Origin: an uncultured Vicinamibacteraceae bacterium
GTDB taxonomy: Bacteria; Acidobacteriota; Vicinamibacteria; Vicinamibacterales; UBA8438
Length of the DNA stretch: 64,000 nucleotides
Assembly: GCA_964646815.1 (NCBI GenBank)
Contig: CAZYFH010000017.1
Coordinates: 2,624 to 66,623, forward strand
Reading direction: 5' to 3'
In this document: positions 28,391 to 37,941 of the stretch, piece after piece
Position numbering within the stretch: position 1 is the first letter of the stretch
Layout: every line of letters begins with the position of its first letter
Made by a program: the position numbers and the translations under genes
Notes under the pieces: generated by a model
Databases searched by the model: none
The model's input: the letters and a program-made list of their open reading frames with translations, nothing else
Told to the model about the DNA's origin: nothing

Positions 28391-30013
28391 ATGAATGCAC
28401 GGATGGTGACCGCGGTGGGGGTATCGGTGCTCAGTGCAGGGATCATGGCGAGCACTGGTGGGGGCGCGCCCACCGGGGCCGCCGCGCAGACCCCGAGCGC
28501 GCCGGGCGATTGCGGCGGGCTGGTCGCGGCGCGCCTCGGAGCGCCGCACACGGAGATCGCCGAGGCCGAGCCGATCACGGCGCTGTTCGCAGCCCCTGAC
28601 AACGCGCGCTCACGTGGCGTGACGGTCGACACTCCGTTCTGCCGCGTGTCAGGCGTCGCGCGACCGACGGCTGACTCCGAGATCCGGTTCGAGGTGTGGC
28701 TGCCACCTGCCGAGGAGTGGAACGGACGCTTCCGCGGCGTCGGCGCGGGTGGGTCGACCGGCGCCATCAGCTACGGGCCGATGGCGTCGAGCGTGACGGC
28801 CGGCTATGCCGTCGTGGCGACCGACAACGGCCACACCAGCACGAGTGGCTTCGACGGGAGCTGGTCGCTCGGACACCCGCAGCGCATCGTTGACTTCGGC
28901 TACCGCGCGCAGCACGAGGCGACCGTCGCCGGTCAGGCAGTGACCGCCCTGTACTACGGCCGGGCAGCAGACTACGCGTACTTCATCGGCTGCTCGCAGG
29001 GTGGACACCATGCGCTGATGGAAGCGCAGCGTTATCCCGAGGACTACGACGGCATCGTCGCCGGCGCGCCGGCGAACTACTGGACCGGCCTGATGGCGGG
29101 AGAGCTGTGGTCCGGACTCGCAAGTCTTCGGGACCCCGTCGGGGGCCTGCCGGATACCAAGCTTCCGATTCTGGGCAACGCGGTCCTTACGGCGTGCGAC
29201 GAAGTGGACGGCCTCGCCGACGGCCTGATCGATGACCCGCGGAACTGCGATTTCGACCCGTCCACCGTCGAGTGCGCGAACGGCGACGATACCGACTGCC
29301 TGACCGCCGCGCAGGTCAAGGCCGTGGAGCAGATCTACGAGGGACCGCGCAACCCGCGGACGGGCGAGCGCATCTACCCCGGCTACCCGCCCGGGAGCGA
29401 GTATTTCGCCTCGCCACAAGGCATCGGCGGGTGGGGACCGTTCTGGGCGGGGATCTCCGAGCCGGGCGGCAGCTCGAACGACTTCATGAAGTACACCGTC
29501 TTCCGCGACCCGGATTACAACGTCCGCACGTTCGACTTCGATCGGGACTGGGCACTGGTCAACGAGCGCCAGGTCGCCGACGACACGCTCGCGTCGGCGC
29601 TCAACGCCACCGACGCCGACCTATCACCGTTGGAATCCCGCGGCGGCAAGCTCCTCATCTATCACGGGTGGGCGGACCCGCTGGTGACGCCGTACAACAC
29701 GGTTGACTACTACGAGGACATCGTGCAATCGGTCGGTGGCCGCACCGAGACCGAGGCCTTCGTCCGGTTGTTCATGGCGCCGGGCGTCGGACACTGCCGC
29801 GGAGGCGTGGGGCCCGATCAGTTCGACATGCCGGCGGCGATTGAACGCTGGGTCGAGCAGGGGGTCGCGCCCGACCGCATCACGGCGAGCCACATGACGG
29901 ACGGCGAGGTCGATCGCACTCGGCCCCTCTGCCCCTACCCCCAGGTCGCGCGCTGGACGGGCCAGGGCAGCATCGACGAGGCTGCCAACTTTAGGTGCGT
30001 GAATCCCCGCTAG
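28391..30013 (+). CDS. Tannase/feruloyl esterase family alpha/beta hydrolase
   Basis: Trimmed from track ORF 27593..30013 to the ATG at 28391 (GGGAGG upstream). FCRVSGVARPTADSEIRFEVWLP..WNGRFRGVGAGG, ATDNGH, nucleophile elbow YFIGCSQGGHHAL, PLCPYPQVARWTG. Confidence 0.9.
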   Translation: MNARMVTAVGVSVLSAGIMASTGGGAPTGAAAQTPSAPGDCGGLVAARLGAPHTEIAEAEPITALFAAPDNARSRGVTVDTPFCRVSGVARPTADSEIRFEVWLPPAEEWNGRFRGVGAGGSTGAISYGPMASSVTAGYAVVATDNGHTSTSGFDGSWSLGHPQRIVDFGYRAQHEATVAGQAVTALYYGRAADYAYFIGCSQGGHHALMEAQRYPEDYDGIVAGAPANYWTGLMAGELWSGLASLRDPVGGLPDTKLPILGNAVLTACDEVDGLADGLIDDPRNCDFDPSTVECANGDDTDCLTAAQVKAVEQIYEGPRNPRTGERIYPGYPPGSEYFASPQGIGGWGPFWAGISEPGGSSNDFMKYTVFRDPDYNVRTFDFDRDWALVNERQVADDTLASALNATDADLSPLESRGGKLLIYHGWADPLVTPYNTVDYYEDIVQSVGGRTETEAFVRLFMAPGVGHCRGGVGPDQFDMPAAIERWVEQGVAPDRITASHMTDGEVDRTRPLCPYPQVARWTGQGSIDEAANFRCVNPR

Positions 30014-30063
30014 CGCTTTGTTTCAGAGGCCCGCATCAGGGTGAGGAGCAAATAGGCCGCACC

Positions 30064-30282
30064 ATGCCGCTGATCGTCGGAGACCGGATCGGGCACGACC
30101 ACGTCATCTCCCTCATCGGTGAGGGGGGCATGGGCCAGATCTATCAGGTCACCGACACGAAGCTCAATCGCGATGTCGCGCTGAAGATCCTCCCAGACGC
30201 CTTCGCGACGGACTCCGCTCGCCTCGCTCGGTTCCAGCGGGAAGCGCAGGTACTAGGATCATATTCGGCGGTACCTTTTTAA
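30064..30282 (+). pseudogene. N-terminal fragment (~65 codons) of a Ser/Thr protein kinase
   Basis: IGHDHVISLIGEGGMGQIYQVTDTKLNRDVALKILPDAFATDSARLARFQREAQVL covers the Gly-rich loop, VAxK lysine and helix C. The frame ends a few codons later (GSYSAVPF*). No catalytic loop or DFG motif is present in any frame downstream. Confidence 0.6.
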
Positions 30283-30635
30283 CGCGCTGGTTCCAGGGCC
30301 GCGTTCGCGCAGAAATCCAACCCTAGCGTAAAGAGATAAGAACTCCAGGCAAGTGGGCCCAGCGGTTGGTCTCGCAGAGAAAACCGTCGGAGGCACCGCA
30401 ACCCAGCCCCTCAGAACAGCCACCCTGCTGCCGTGACAACGCGGTTTTCGGAGAGGGACCAACGCTGGGTCACCCTCCGAGCCGTGGTGCACTTCGAACC
30501 TGCGGGAGCCGTGGCCGGCCTGACGCCATGCGCCGAGGCGCGTTTCTGCGCGCCTCGCGGGCGCGGAGCGAGTCTCTCAGGTCTCCGCGTAGCGTCCCGC
30601 GGCAGGGTTCGTGGGCGCAGCCCCCCAGTCTGACC

Positions 30636-31637
30636 CTAGTTCGATGGCCGGCGTCGCCCGTAGGGGCGCTGGCCGAGCGCCCGCTGCATCACCTCGTACT
30701 GCACCGACATGATGTGGCCAATCGACTCGATCCAGTACGCCGCGTTGTGCGCCCCCGGCATCTGCATGTAGTCGAACGGGATACCTTCCTCAAGCATGAT
30801 CGCGGCCAGCTTCTTCGCCCCCTCGATGAGCCGGTCCTCGGTACCGCAGTCGAGGTAGATGTGGGGGAGCTGATCCCTCGGCACCTGGCGGATGAGCGTG
30901 AACGGATCGTAGGCTTCCGCCTGCTCGGGCGTCGTGAACATTGTCCCGTTCGGTGTGCGCTCGACCTGGCTGCTGAAGCTGTTGATATCGATCAGCGGAT
31001 TCGGCTGTCGCCGACGTTCCCGTTGCTCTGCGGTGAGCTCGCGCGGCGTCCGGGGAGGCATCTCCCCGCGCATCCGAGCGGCCGCCTGGCGGCCGTACTC
31101 CAGCGCGCCGCTCGTGCTGCCAATGGAGACGAACATGTCGGGATGCCGGAGACCCAGCGTAATCCCACCGAAGCCACCCATTGACAGCCCGGTGATCGCG
31201 CGTCCTTCGCGCTGCGCAATGGTCCGAAAGTTCCAGTCGACATGGCTCACCACGTCCTCGATAACATGGTCTTCCCAGTTGTTCTTCTGCCCGCCTGCGC
31301 TTTCGGCCCAGTTGACATACCAGGAATTGCCGACGTCGGGCATCACGACGATGAGGTCGTCGTAGAGGCCGGCGTAGAATGGCGCGCCGTTGGCCAGCCC
31401 CCACGCCGTGTAGTTCTGCGTCAGCCCATGCAGCAGGTAGAGAACGGGATACCGCTCGGTCGACGCCTCGTAGTCGCCGGGTAGCAGGATGTTGTATTTC
31501 ATCGCCCGCTCAACGGCCGGGCTGAAGAACTCCACGGTCTGGAGCTTCAATCCCTCGGCTATGGCCGAGGTCGCGAGCGCGACGAGCGCGACCGCCAACG
31601 CCGTGGTCCGCAGCATCCGCATCGTTATCGTTCTCAT
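30636..31637 (-). CDS. Secreted esterase family protein (esterase D / enterochelin-esterase-like alpha/beta hydrolase)
   Basis: Trimmed to the ATG at 31637 (GGGGAGG upstream). Signal MRTITMRMLRTTALAVALVALATSAIA. YPVLYLLHGLTQNYTAW. Nucleophile elbow AITGLSMGGFGGI. Confidence 0.85.
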   Translation of the reverse strand: MRTITMRMLRTTALAVALVALATSAIAEGLKLQTVEFFSPAVERAMKYNILLPGDYEASTERYPVLYLLHGLTQNYTAWGLANGAPFYAGLYDDLIVVMPDVGNSWYVNWAESAGGQKNNWEDHVIEDVVSHVDWNFRTIAQREGRAITGLSMGGFGGITLGLRHPDMFVSIGSTSGALEYGRQAAARMRGEMPPRTPRELTAEQRERRRQPNPLIDINSFSSQVERTPNGTMFTTPEQAEAYDPFTLIRQVPRDQLPHIYLDCGTEDRLIEGAKKLAAIMLEEGIPFDYMQMPGAHNAAYWIESIGHIMSVQYEVMQRALGQRPYGRRRPSN

Positions 31638-31788
31638 AATGACCTCCCCGAGCCCGAGCGCGCGGAACTCACCCCGTGGCAGGCTCGCTCGGGACCGCTT
31701 CATCCTACCCGAAAAACGACTACTGGCCGACGCGCGCATCCTCGCGGTATCCTTTGGCCCGGTTCCCAAGACGACGGAGGACGATCGA

Positions 31789-33765
31789 ATGGCAATGAAC
31801 CGCTCGCGGGTCGCCTGGGTGCTTGCGGCGTGGATCGCCGTCGCTGGAGGGACGGCCGACACCGAGGCCCAGCAGGAGGGCACCCGGAACGGGGAATGGC
31901 CGACCTATGGCGGCGACCTCGCCAACACCCGCTATTCGCCGCTCGACCAGATCACCGGAGAGAACTTCAACGACCTGGAGCTGGCGTGGAGCCTGAAGAC
32001 CGACAACTTCGGACCCTCGCCGGAACGCGCGCTGCAGGCGACACCGCTTATGGTGAACGGGGTCGTCTATGCGGCGGTGGGCACACGGCGCGTTGCGGTG
32101 GCGCTCGATGCCGCGACCGGCGAAATCCTCTGGTTCCATCGCTACGATGAGGGCGAACGGGGCGAGGCGGCGCCCCGGCGGCTCTCGGGGCGAGGCCTGG
32201 CCTATCGCGACGACGGGGGCGACGGCGAGATCTACTACGTCACGCCTGGCTATCACTTAATCGGCCTCGATGCGGTCACGGGCGAGCGCCTCCCGGGGTT
32301 CGGGTCCGACGGAATCGTCGACCTCAAACGGGGGCTCGATCAGGAAATCGACTTGGTGACTGGCGAGATCGGACTGCACGCGACGCCCGTCGTCGTCGGC
32401 AGCACGATCGTCGTCGGCGCCGCGCACCTCCCCGGCGGGTCGCCCGAGTCGATGACCAACGTGAAGGGCTTCATCCGGGGATTCGATGCGTCGACCGGCG
32501 CGCGGAAGTGGATCTTCCACACGATCCCGCTGGGCGACGAATTCGGAAACGACACTTGGCAGGGTGACTCGTGGCGCTACACCGGCAACACCGGCGTTTG
32601 GGGACAGATATCGATCGACCCGGAGCTAGGCCTCGCCTACCTGCCGGTCGAGATGCCGACCAACGATTACTACGGCGGCCACCGGCTCGGCGACAACCTG
32701 TTCTCTGACAGCCTGGTCGCGGTCGACCTCGAAACCGGTGAGCGACGTTGGCACTTCCAGATCACCCATCACGATGTGTGGGACTGGGATTTACCGGCGG
32801 CCCCGATCCTCGCCGATATCACGGTGGACGGGCGCAACATCAAAGCGGTCGCGCTGCCGACCAAACAGGCATGGGTGTTCGTGTTCGACCGCGAGACGGG
32901 CGAGCCCGTCTGGCCGATCGAAGAACAGCCGGTCGACCCGTCCGACGTCCCGGGCGAGCTGCTGTCCCCGACGCAGCCGCACCCGACGAAACCGCCGGCG
33001 TTCGATCGGCAGGGGGTCGGCCCTGAGGACCTGATCGACTTTACGCTCGAGCTGCGCGAGATGGCGCTAGAGATCCTCAACCGCCGCCGCTACGGCCGTT
33101 CGATCTACACGCCACCCTCGGTCGCGACGGCCGACGGGACCCTCGGCACGATGCAGGTACCGTCGTCCACCGGCGGGGTGAACTGGCCTGGAGGGTCGCT
33201 CGACCCGAAAACGGGGATCTACTATCAGTACTCGAAGTCCGAGATTACCAGCCTGGGGCTCGTCAACGATCCCGAGCGATCGGACATGAACTTCATCAGT
33301 GGCCGCCCCGAAGGGGTCAGTGCGGCGGACGCAGCCCTCAACATCCGTGGTATTCCAATCCTCAAGCCGCCATGGGGCCGAATCACGGCCATCGATCTCA
33401 ACACGGGTGACATCCTCTGGCAGATCCCGCACGGCGAGACCGCCGACAACATCCGTAACCACCCGTTGTTGGAGGGCATCGACATTCCGAGGACTGGCCG
33501 GCCCGGGCGTGTCGGCACCCTGATCACGAAGACGCTCGTGGTCGCGGGTGACGGTGGAACATTTACGAACGAGGTGGGCGTATCCGGCGCGATGCTCCGA
33601 GCATACGACAAGATGACCGGCGCCGAGCTCGGCGCGGTGTACATGCCCACACGGCAGAGCGGTTCGCCGATGACCTACTTGCACGATGGCCAGCAATACA
33701 TCGTCGTCGCCGTGAGCGGCGGTGGCCATGGGGGCGAGCTGCTCGCATATCGCCTGCCATCATGA
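31789..33765 (+). CDS. PQQ-dependent dehydrogenase (soluble quinoprotein, glucose/quinate-dehydrogenase-like)
   Basis: Trimmed from track ORF 31489..33765 to the ATG at 31789 (GGAGGA upstream). Signal peptide, then GEWPTYGGDLANTRYSPLDQITGENFNDLELAW, ...ATPLMVNGVVY..., ...HHDVWDWDLPAAP..., ...YLHDGQQYIVVAVSGG.... Paralog of 55998..58073. Confidence 0.9.
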   Translation: MAMNRSRVAWVLAAWIAVAGGTADTEAQQEGTRNGEWPTYGGDLANTRYSPLDQITGENFNDLELAWSLKTDNFGPSPERALQATPLMVNGVVYAAVGTRRVAVALDAATGEILWFHRYDEGERGEAAPRRLSGRGLAYRDDGGDGEIYYVTPGYHLIGLDAVTGERLPGFGSDGIVDLKRGLDQEIDLVTGEIGLHATPVVVGSTIVVGAAHLPGGSPESMTNVKGFIRGFDASTGARKWIFHTIPLGDEFGNDTWQGDSWRYTGNTGVWGQISIDPELGLAYLPVEMPTNDYYGGHRLGDNLFSDSLVAVDLETGERRWHFQITHHDVWDWDLPAAPILADITVDGRNIKAVALPTKQAWVFVFDRETGEPVWPIEEQPVDPSDVPGELLSPTQPHPTKPPAFDRQGVGPEDLIDFTLELREMALEILNRRRYGRSIYTPPSVATADGTLGTMQVPSSTGGVNWPGGSLDPKTGIYYQYSKSEITSLGLVNDPERSDMNFISGRPEGVSAADAALNIRGIPILKPPWGRITAIDLNTGDILWQIPHGETADNIRNHPLLEGIDIPRTGRPGRVGTLITKTLVVAGDGGTFTNEVGVSGAMLRAYDKMTGAELGAVYMPTRQSGSPMTYLHDGQQYIVVAVSGGGHGGELLAYRLPS

Positions 33766-34934
33766 TCGTCGGAGTTCCCAAGGAAGCGTTCCCAGGCGAG
33801 CGTCGCGTCTCAGTGGTTCCCGCCGTTCTCCCGTCGCTGACAAAGGCCTCGCTCGACGTGGTCGTCGAGCCGTCGGCCGGCGCCTCCGCGGGGTTCCCCG
33901 ACAGCGCATACACCGGCAAGGGCGCACGGCTTGCCGAGTCGCGCGCGCAGCTGTTCGCGGACGCCGACGTCGTGCTGCAAGTGCGAACGCCCGGCGCGGC
34001 GGGTGACGCGGGTCAGACGGACCTCGCCTCGCTCCGGCGAGACCAAACGGTCCTCGGGTTCTCGGAGCCGCTCGCGGAGCCAGCCCTCGCGCGGGCGGTC
34101 GCGGAGCGGGGCGTCACCGCGTTCTCGATGGATCTCATCCCGCGCATCACGCGCGCCCAGGGCATGGACGCGCTCTCGTCGATGGCGACGATCGCCGGCT
34201 ACAAGGCAGTGCTCCTCGCGGCCGACACACTTCCCCGCATGTTCCCGATGATGATGACGGCCGCTGGTACCATCGTACCCGCGCGCGTGCTCGTCATCGG
34301 CGCCGGTGTCGCCGGCCTGCAGGCGATCGCGTCAGCTCGCCGGCTCGGGGCGCGAGTGGAAGCGTACGACGTGCGGCCGGCCGTCAAGGAGCAGGTCGAA
34401 AGCCTCGGAGCGAAGTTCGTCGAACTCCCGCTCGAGACCAGCGAGGCGGAAGACGCCGGCGGCTACGCGAAAGCGCAGGACGAGAGCTTTCTGGTTCGGC
34501 AGCGGGAGATGATGACGCGTGTCGTGGCGAACAGCGACGTCGTCATCACGACGGCGCTGATCCCGGGCAAGACGGCGCCGGTGCTGGTCACGGCCGAGAT
34601 GGTGGCCAGCATGGAACCGGGAGCGGTCATCGTTGACCTGGCGGCGGAACGGGGCGGGAACTGCGCGTTGACACGAGCCGATGAAACGACGGTCGAGGAT
34701 GGCGTGACGATTCTGGGGCCGACCAACCTCCCCTCGACGGTGCCGTATCACGCCTCGCAGATGTATGCGAAGAACATCTCGACGCTGCTGCTCCATCTGG
34801 TCTCCGACGGCGCAATGACGATCGATCTGGAGGACGAGATTACGGCGGGGACATTGATCTCACGCGGCGGTGAGGTGGTACACCCGCGAGTCAGAGAGCT
34901 GCTCGACGTAGGACAGGCCGGGCCTAGAGCTTAG
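33762..34934 (+). CDS. pntAA: NAD(P) transhydrogenase subunit alpha part 1
   Basis: 390 aa. MIVGVPKEAFPGERRVSVVP..., Rossmann VLVIGAGVAGLQAIASARRLGARVEAYDVRP. The ATG overlaps the preceding stop (ATGA). Confidence 0.95.
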   Translation: MIVGVPKEAFPGERRVSVVPAVLPSLTKASLDVVVEPSAGASAGFPDSAYTGKGARLAESRAQLFADADVVLQVRTPGAAGDAGQTDLASLRRDQTVLGFSEPLAEPALARAVAERGVTAFSMDLIPRITRAQGMDALSSMATIAGYKAVLLAADTLPRMFPMMMTAAGTIVPARVLVIGAGVAGLQAIASARRLGARVEAYDVRPAVKEQVESLGAKFVELPLETSEAEDAGGYAKAQDESFLVRQREMMTRVVANSDVVITTALIPGKTAPVLVTAEMVASMEPGAVIVDLAAERGGNCALTRADETTVEDGVTILGPTNLPSTVPYHASQMYAKNISTLLLHLVSDGAMTIDLEDEITAGTLISRGGEVVHPRVRELLDVGQAGPRA

Positions 34935-34953
34935 GGTTGGGGCATTTTCTCCT

Positions 34954-35232
34954 ATGGAAACGTTCATCCCGCTGCTGACCATCTTCATGCTGGCGATCTT
35001 CGTCGGCTTCGAGATCATCACCAAGGTGCCGCCGCTGCTCCACACACCGCTCATGTCGGGCAGTAACGCCATCTCGGGTATCACGATCATCGGCGCCCTG
35101 TTGTCCGTCTCGTCCTCCACTCGCGCGACGATAATCCTCGGGTTCCTGGCGCTCGTCATCGCCACCATCAATGTCGTCGGCGGGTTTTTGGTCACGCACC
35201 GGATGCTCGGCATGTTCAAGAAGAAGGACTAG
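34954..35232 (+). CDS. pntAB: NAD(P) transhydrogenase subunit alpha part 2 (membrane)
   Basis: 92 aa. FVGFEIITKVPPLLHTPLMSGSNAISGITIIGAL is the conserved PntAB core. Confidence 0.9.
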   Translation: METFIPLLTIFMLAIFVGFEIITKVPPLLHTPLMSGSNAISGITIIGALLSVSSSTRATIILGFLALVIATINVVGGFLVTHRMLGMFKKKD

Positions 35233-35393
35233 CAGCCTGTGGTGAAAGACCTGCTGCATTCGACCGGCCCTGCATCCCGCCTGATTGCGGTGCTCGTCGG
35301 TCAAATACTGGGAGTATTCTCCCTTCTCGCGCCTTGTCAGCCAGGCGCATCACCGGTCTCGGTGCGAACCGGGACGTTCACCACGGGCTGCTA

Positions 35394-36794
35394 GTGGACG
35401 TCGTCCTCATCGATCTCTCCTATCTGGTCGCGTCGGCGCTGTTCATCCTCGGGATCCGGGGCCTGACGCACCCGCGCACCGCCGTGCGTGGCAACTTGCT
35501 CGGCGCGACCGGGATGCTCATCGCCGTGATCACCACGCTGCTCGACCAGCAGATCTTCGGCGCCGGCGCCCAGGCGTTCGCGCTCATCCTGGGTGGTGTC
35601 GTCCTCGGCGCCGGGATCGGGGCGGGGTTGGCGCTCAAGATCCAGCTCACCGCGATGCCGGAAATGGTCGCGCTGCTCAATGCGTTCGGCGGCGGGGCGT
35701 CTGCGCTGGTCGCCGGCGCCGTCCTGGTCGGGACGGCGGACCCCTCGACGCAAACCACCGTCGCGACGGTTGCCTCGGGCATCATCGGTTCGATCACGTT
35801 CTGGGGCAGCCTCGTGGCATTCGACAAGCTACGGGGCCTGCTCCTGCCGGACGCGCCGGTCGTCTTTTCCGGCCAGCAGCCGCTTAACGCACTGCTTGCG
35901 ATGGCTGCGCTCGGGCTGGGCGTCTGGGTCGTGGCCGATCCGGGGACGGTCGCCGCGTACGCGGGCATGGTCACCGTCGCGTCCATACTCGGCATCCTGC
36001 TCACGATCTCGATTGGCGGCGCCGACATGCCGGTCGCGATCGCGATGCTCAATTCCTACTCGGGGCTGGCGGCCGCGTCCACAGGGTTTGTTCTGAGCAA
36101 CAACATCCTCATCATCACCGGCTCGCTCGTTGGCGCCTCGGGCATCATCCTGACGATCATCATGTGCAAGGCGATGAACCGATCTCTGGTCAACGTCCTG
36201 GTCGGCGCGATCGCGGAGGGCAGCCGGACGAAGGTGGACGCGGACGATGTCTACGCCGGGCGCGTGAAGCGAACCTCCGCCGAGGAAGTCGCGATGCTGT
36301 TCGACGGGGCACGCCGGGCCGTCATCGTGCCAGGCTACGGCCTCGCAGTGTCGCAGGCGCAGCACCAGGTGCGCGATCTTGCCAACCTGCTCGAGTCACG
36401 TGGGGTCGAGGTGGATTACGCGATTCACCCCGTGGCCGGCCGCATGCCCGGACACATGAACGTGCTCCTGGCCGAGGCGGACGTCGACTACGACAAGCTG
36501 AAGGAGATGGACGTCATCAACCCGTCGTTCGAGCAGACGGACGTCGCGATCGTGATCGGCGCGAACGATATCGTCAATCCCGACGCCCGCACCGACCCGT
36601 CGAGCCCCATTGCCGGCATGCCGATCCTCGACGTCGACCAGTCGCGCACGGTCGTGGTCATCAAGCGGAGTCTCTCGCCCGGCTTTGCCGGGGTCCCGAA
36701 CCCGCTCTTCGCTGCCGACAACACGCTCATGCTGTTCGGCGACGGCAAGCAGGTGGTCCTCGATTTGATCGCGGCCGTCAAGGACGCGGCGTAG
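35394..36794 (+). CDS. pntB: NAD(P) transhydrogenase subunit beta
   Basis: GTG at 35394 gives VDVVLIDLSYLVASALFILGIRGLTHPRTAVRGN..., matching the usual PntB N-terminus (the track start at 35334 is TTG). C-terminal dIII: VIVPGYGLAVSQAQH...AIHPVAGRMPGHMNVLLAEA...VIGANDIVNP. Confidence 0.9.
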   Translation: MDVVLIDLSYLVASALFILGIRGLTHPRTAVRGNLLGATGMLIAVITTLLDQQIFGAGAQAFALILGGVVLGAGIGAGLALKIQLTAMPEMVALLNAFGGGASALVAGAVLVGTADPSTQTTVATVASGIIGSITFWGSLVAFDKLRGLLLPDAPVVFSGQQPLNALLAMAALGLGVWVVADPGTVAAYAGMVTVASILGILLTISIGGADMPVAIAMLNSYSGLAAASTGFVLSNNILIITGSLVGASGIILTIIMCKAMNRSLVNVLVGAIAEGSRTKVDADDVYAGRVKRTSAEEVAMLFDGARRAVIVPGYGLAVSQAQHQVRDLANLLESRGVEVDYAIHPVAGRMPGHMNVLLAEADVDYDKLKEMDVINPSFEQTDVAIVIGANDIVNPDARTDPSSPIAGMPILDVDQSRTVVVIKRSLSPGFAGVPNPLFAADNTLMLFGDGKQVVLDLIAAVKDAA

Positions 36795-36880
36795 TCTCCC
36801 ATCGGTTCGAGCGAGGGAGCTACAGGGAAGGACGCCCTATCCGAAGAGGCGGTGAGGCACTGCCGACTGAACCGCCGGGA

Positions 36881-37212
36881 CAGACGCGCCGTCGCCATCC
36901 GCGCGTGCCGTCGGCGCTCGATGCGAGCCCGCATCGGAAGCAGGGTTGTTCCGCTGTTCGACTTGGAGAACTGAGCGGCGGCGGCTGCTTCGTACGCTCG
37001 CTCGATCCCAGACCTCCATCCGGAACCCTCCGCTGCTTCTGGATCTTCCGAAGGACGGTGTGTTGTGGCTCAGCGGACGGATGGTCTACGCACAGGCACA
37101 GCGGGGGTTCGGCGTAGAGTTCTTGAACGTGCCGGCGCCCGCTCAGGCTGTGCTGGTCGGAGCCGTCTCGGCTCTCCAGTCGTCGCGGAGCGTCACTGGC
37201 CGCGGATGGTGA
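36881..37212 (+). pseudogene. PilZ-domain protein split by one frameshift (or a sequencing error)
   Basis: RRRHPRVP...AVRLGELSGGGCFVRSLDPRPPSG is in one frame. PLLLDLPKDGVLWLSGRMVYAQAQRGFGVEFLNVP is in the next frame from about 37025. Together they give the RxxxR ... D/ExSxxG PilZ pattern. No clear start codon. Confidence 0.45.
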
Positions 37213-37242
37213 CTCGGATCGGCTCCGGCGGTCGACGCGGAG

Positions 37243-37800
37243 TCAGGAGAACAGCCAGGATCCGCTGGCGACGTAGAACGCGACGATGGGGATCTCGCCG
37301 ATCGCAACGCCAAGTATGAACTTGCCCAGGTGCATGCGCAGGGTGCCCGCGACGTAGCAGATGATGTCGGTCGGCACGAAGGGAAAAACCGACCACCCGG
37401 CCACGATCCAGAAGCCCTTGGCGCGCACCTGGGTTTCGAGCCAGCGGACACGGGCCGCGTGCTTCCGCTCGAACAGCTCTGCCAGTCCGAGGTAATCGAA
37501 GAAGAAATAGACGAGCGTCGAAGACGTCACCACACCCGCGAGTGACACAGTGAAGACGAGCCAGTAGCGGCCTGGAAACAACAGTGTCCCGACGACGATG
37601 AGGACGGTGCTCGGGACCAGCGTCACCGGCCGGAGCACGCTCACCAGCACGTAGCCGATCAAGACGAGCGGACCCGCCTGGCGGAGCGCGCGCGCGAGCG
37701 TCACGGGATCAATCAGCTCAGGATTCACGAAGTACAGCACGCCGAGACCGACCGTGAGCGCGAACCAGAGTCCGAGCGCGATGCGGCGACGGGCGGTCAC
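37243..37800 (-). CDS. TVP38/TMEM64 (DedA-related, SNARE-associated) family membrane protein
   Basis: 185 aa, about 5 TM helices. LRPVTLVPSTVLIVVGTLLFP and VFPFVPTDIICYVAGTLRM are family-typical. Confidence 0.75.
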   Translation of the reverse strand: MTARRRIALGLWFALTVGLGVLYFVNPELIDPVTLARALRQAGPLVLIGYVLVSVLRPVTLVPSTVLIVVGTLLFPGRYWLVFTVSLAGVVTSSTLVYFFFDYLGLAELFERKHAARVRWLETQVRAKGFWIVAGWSVFPFVPTDIICYVAGTLRMHLGKFILGVAIGEIPIVAFYVASGSWLFS

Positions 37801-37941
37801 CTTGCGCGCCTCGCGGCTGTGCCGGACGAGTATTTCAACGACGGTGTCCGCGTGCGCTCGGGAGCGACGGACATCTGCGCCGGCGACGATCCAAGAGTGA
37901 AACAGTACCCCACGTGCTGTAACCGATCGATCGCGAGCGGA

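Noticed and set aside
26416-28767. Long N-terminal extensions offered by the ORF track (also 6081..7928, 27593..30013, 31489..33765, 51430..53112, 53238..54509, 11582..12919).
   Set aside because: In each case an internal start is immediately followed by a signal peptide or the family N-terminus and preceded by a GGAG-type RBS. The extension overlaps a neighbouring gene and is compositionally non-protein-like.
30485-30512. GGTTCGAAG on the minus strand, resembling a tRNA T-loop.
   Set aside because: The flanking bases do not form a T-stem, and no acceptor or anticodon arms can be drawn. No tRNA was found anywhere else in the window.
35242-35394. 50-codon ORF (VKDLLHSTGPASRLIAVLVGQILGVFSLLAP...) filling the pntAB-pntB spacer, with its TAG overlapping the pntB GTG.
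   Set aside because: It is below the track threshold. It uses AT-ending codons atypical for this genome (caa, ata, gga, gta, ctt), has no RBS, and matches no known pnt-associated small protein that I can recall.
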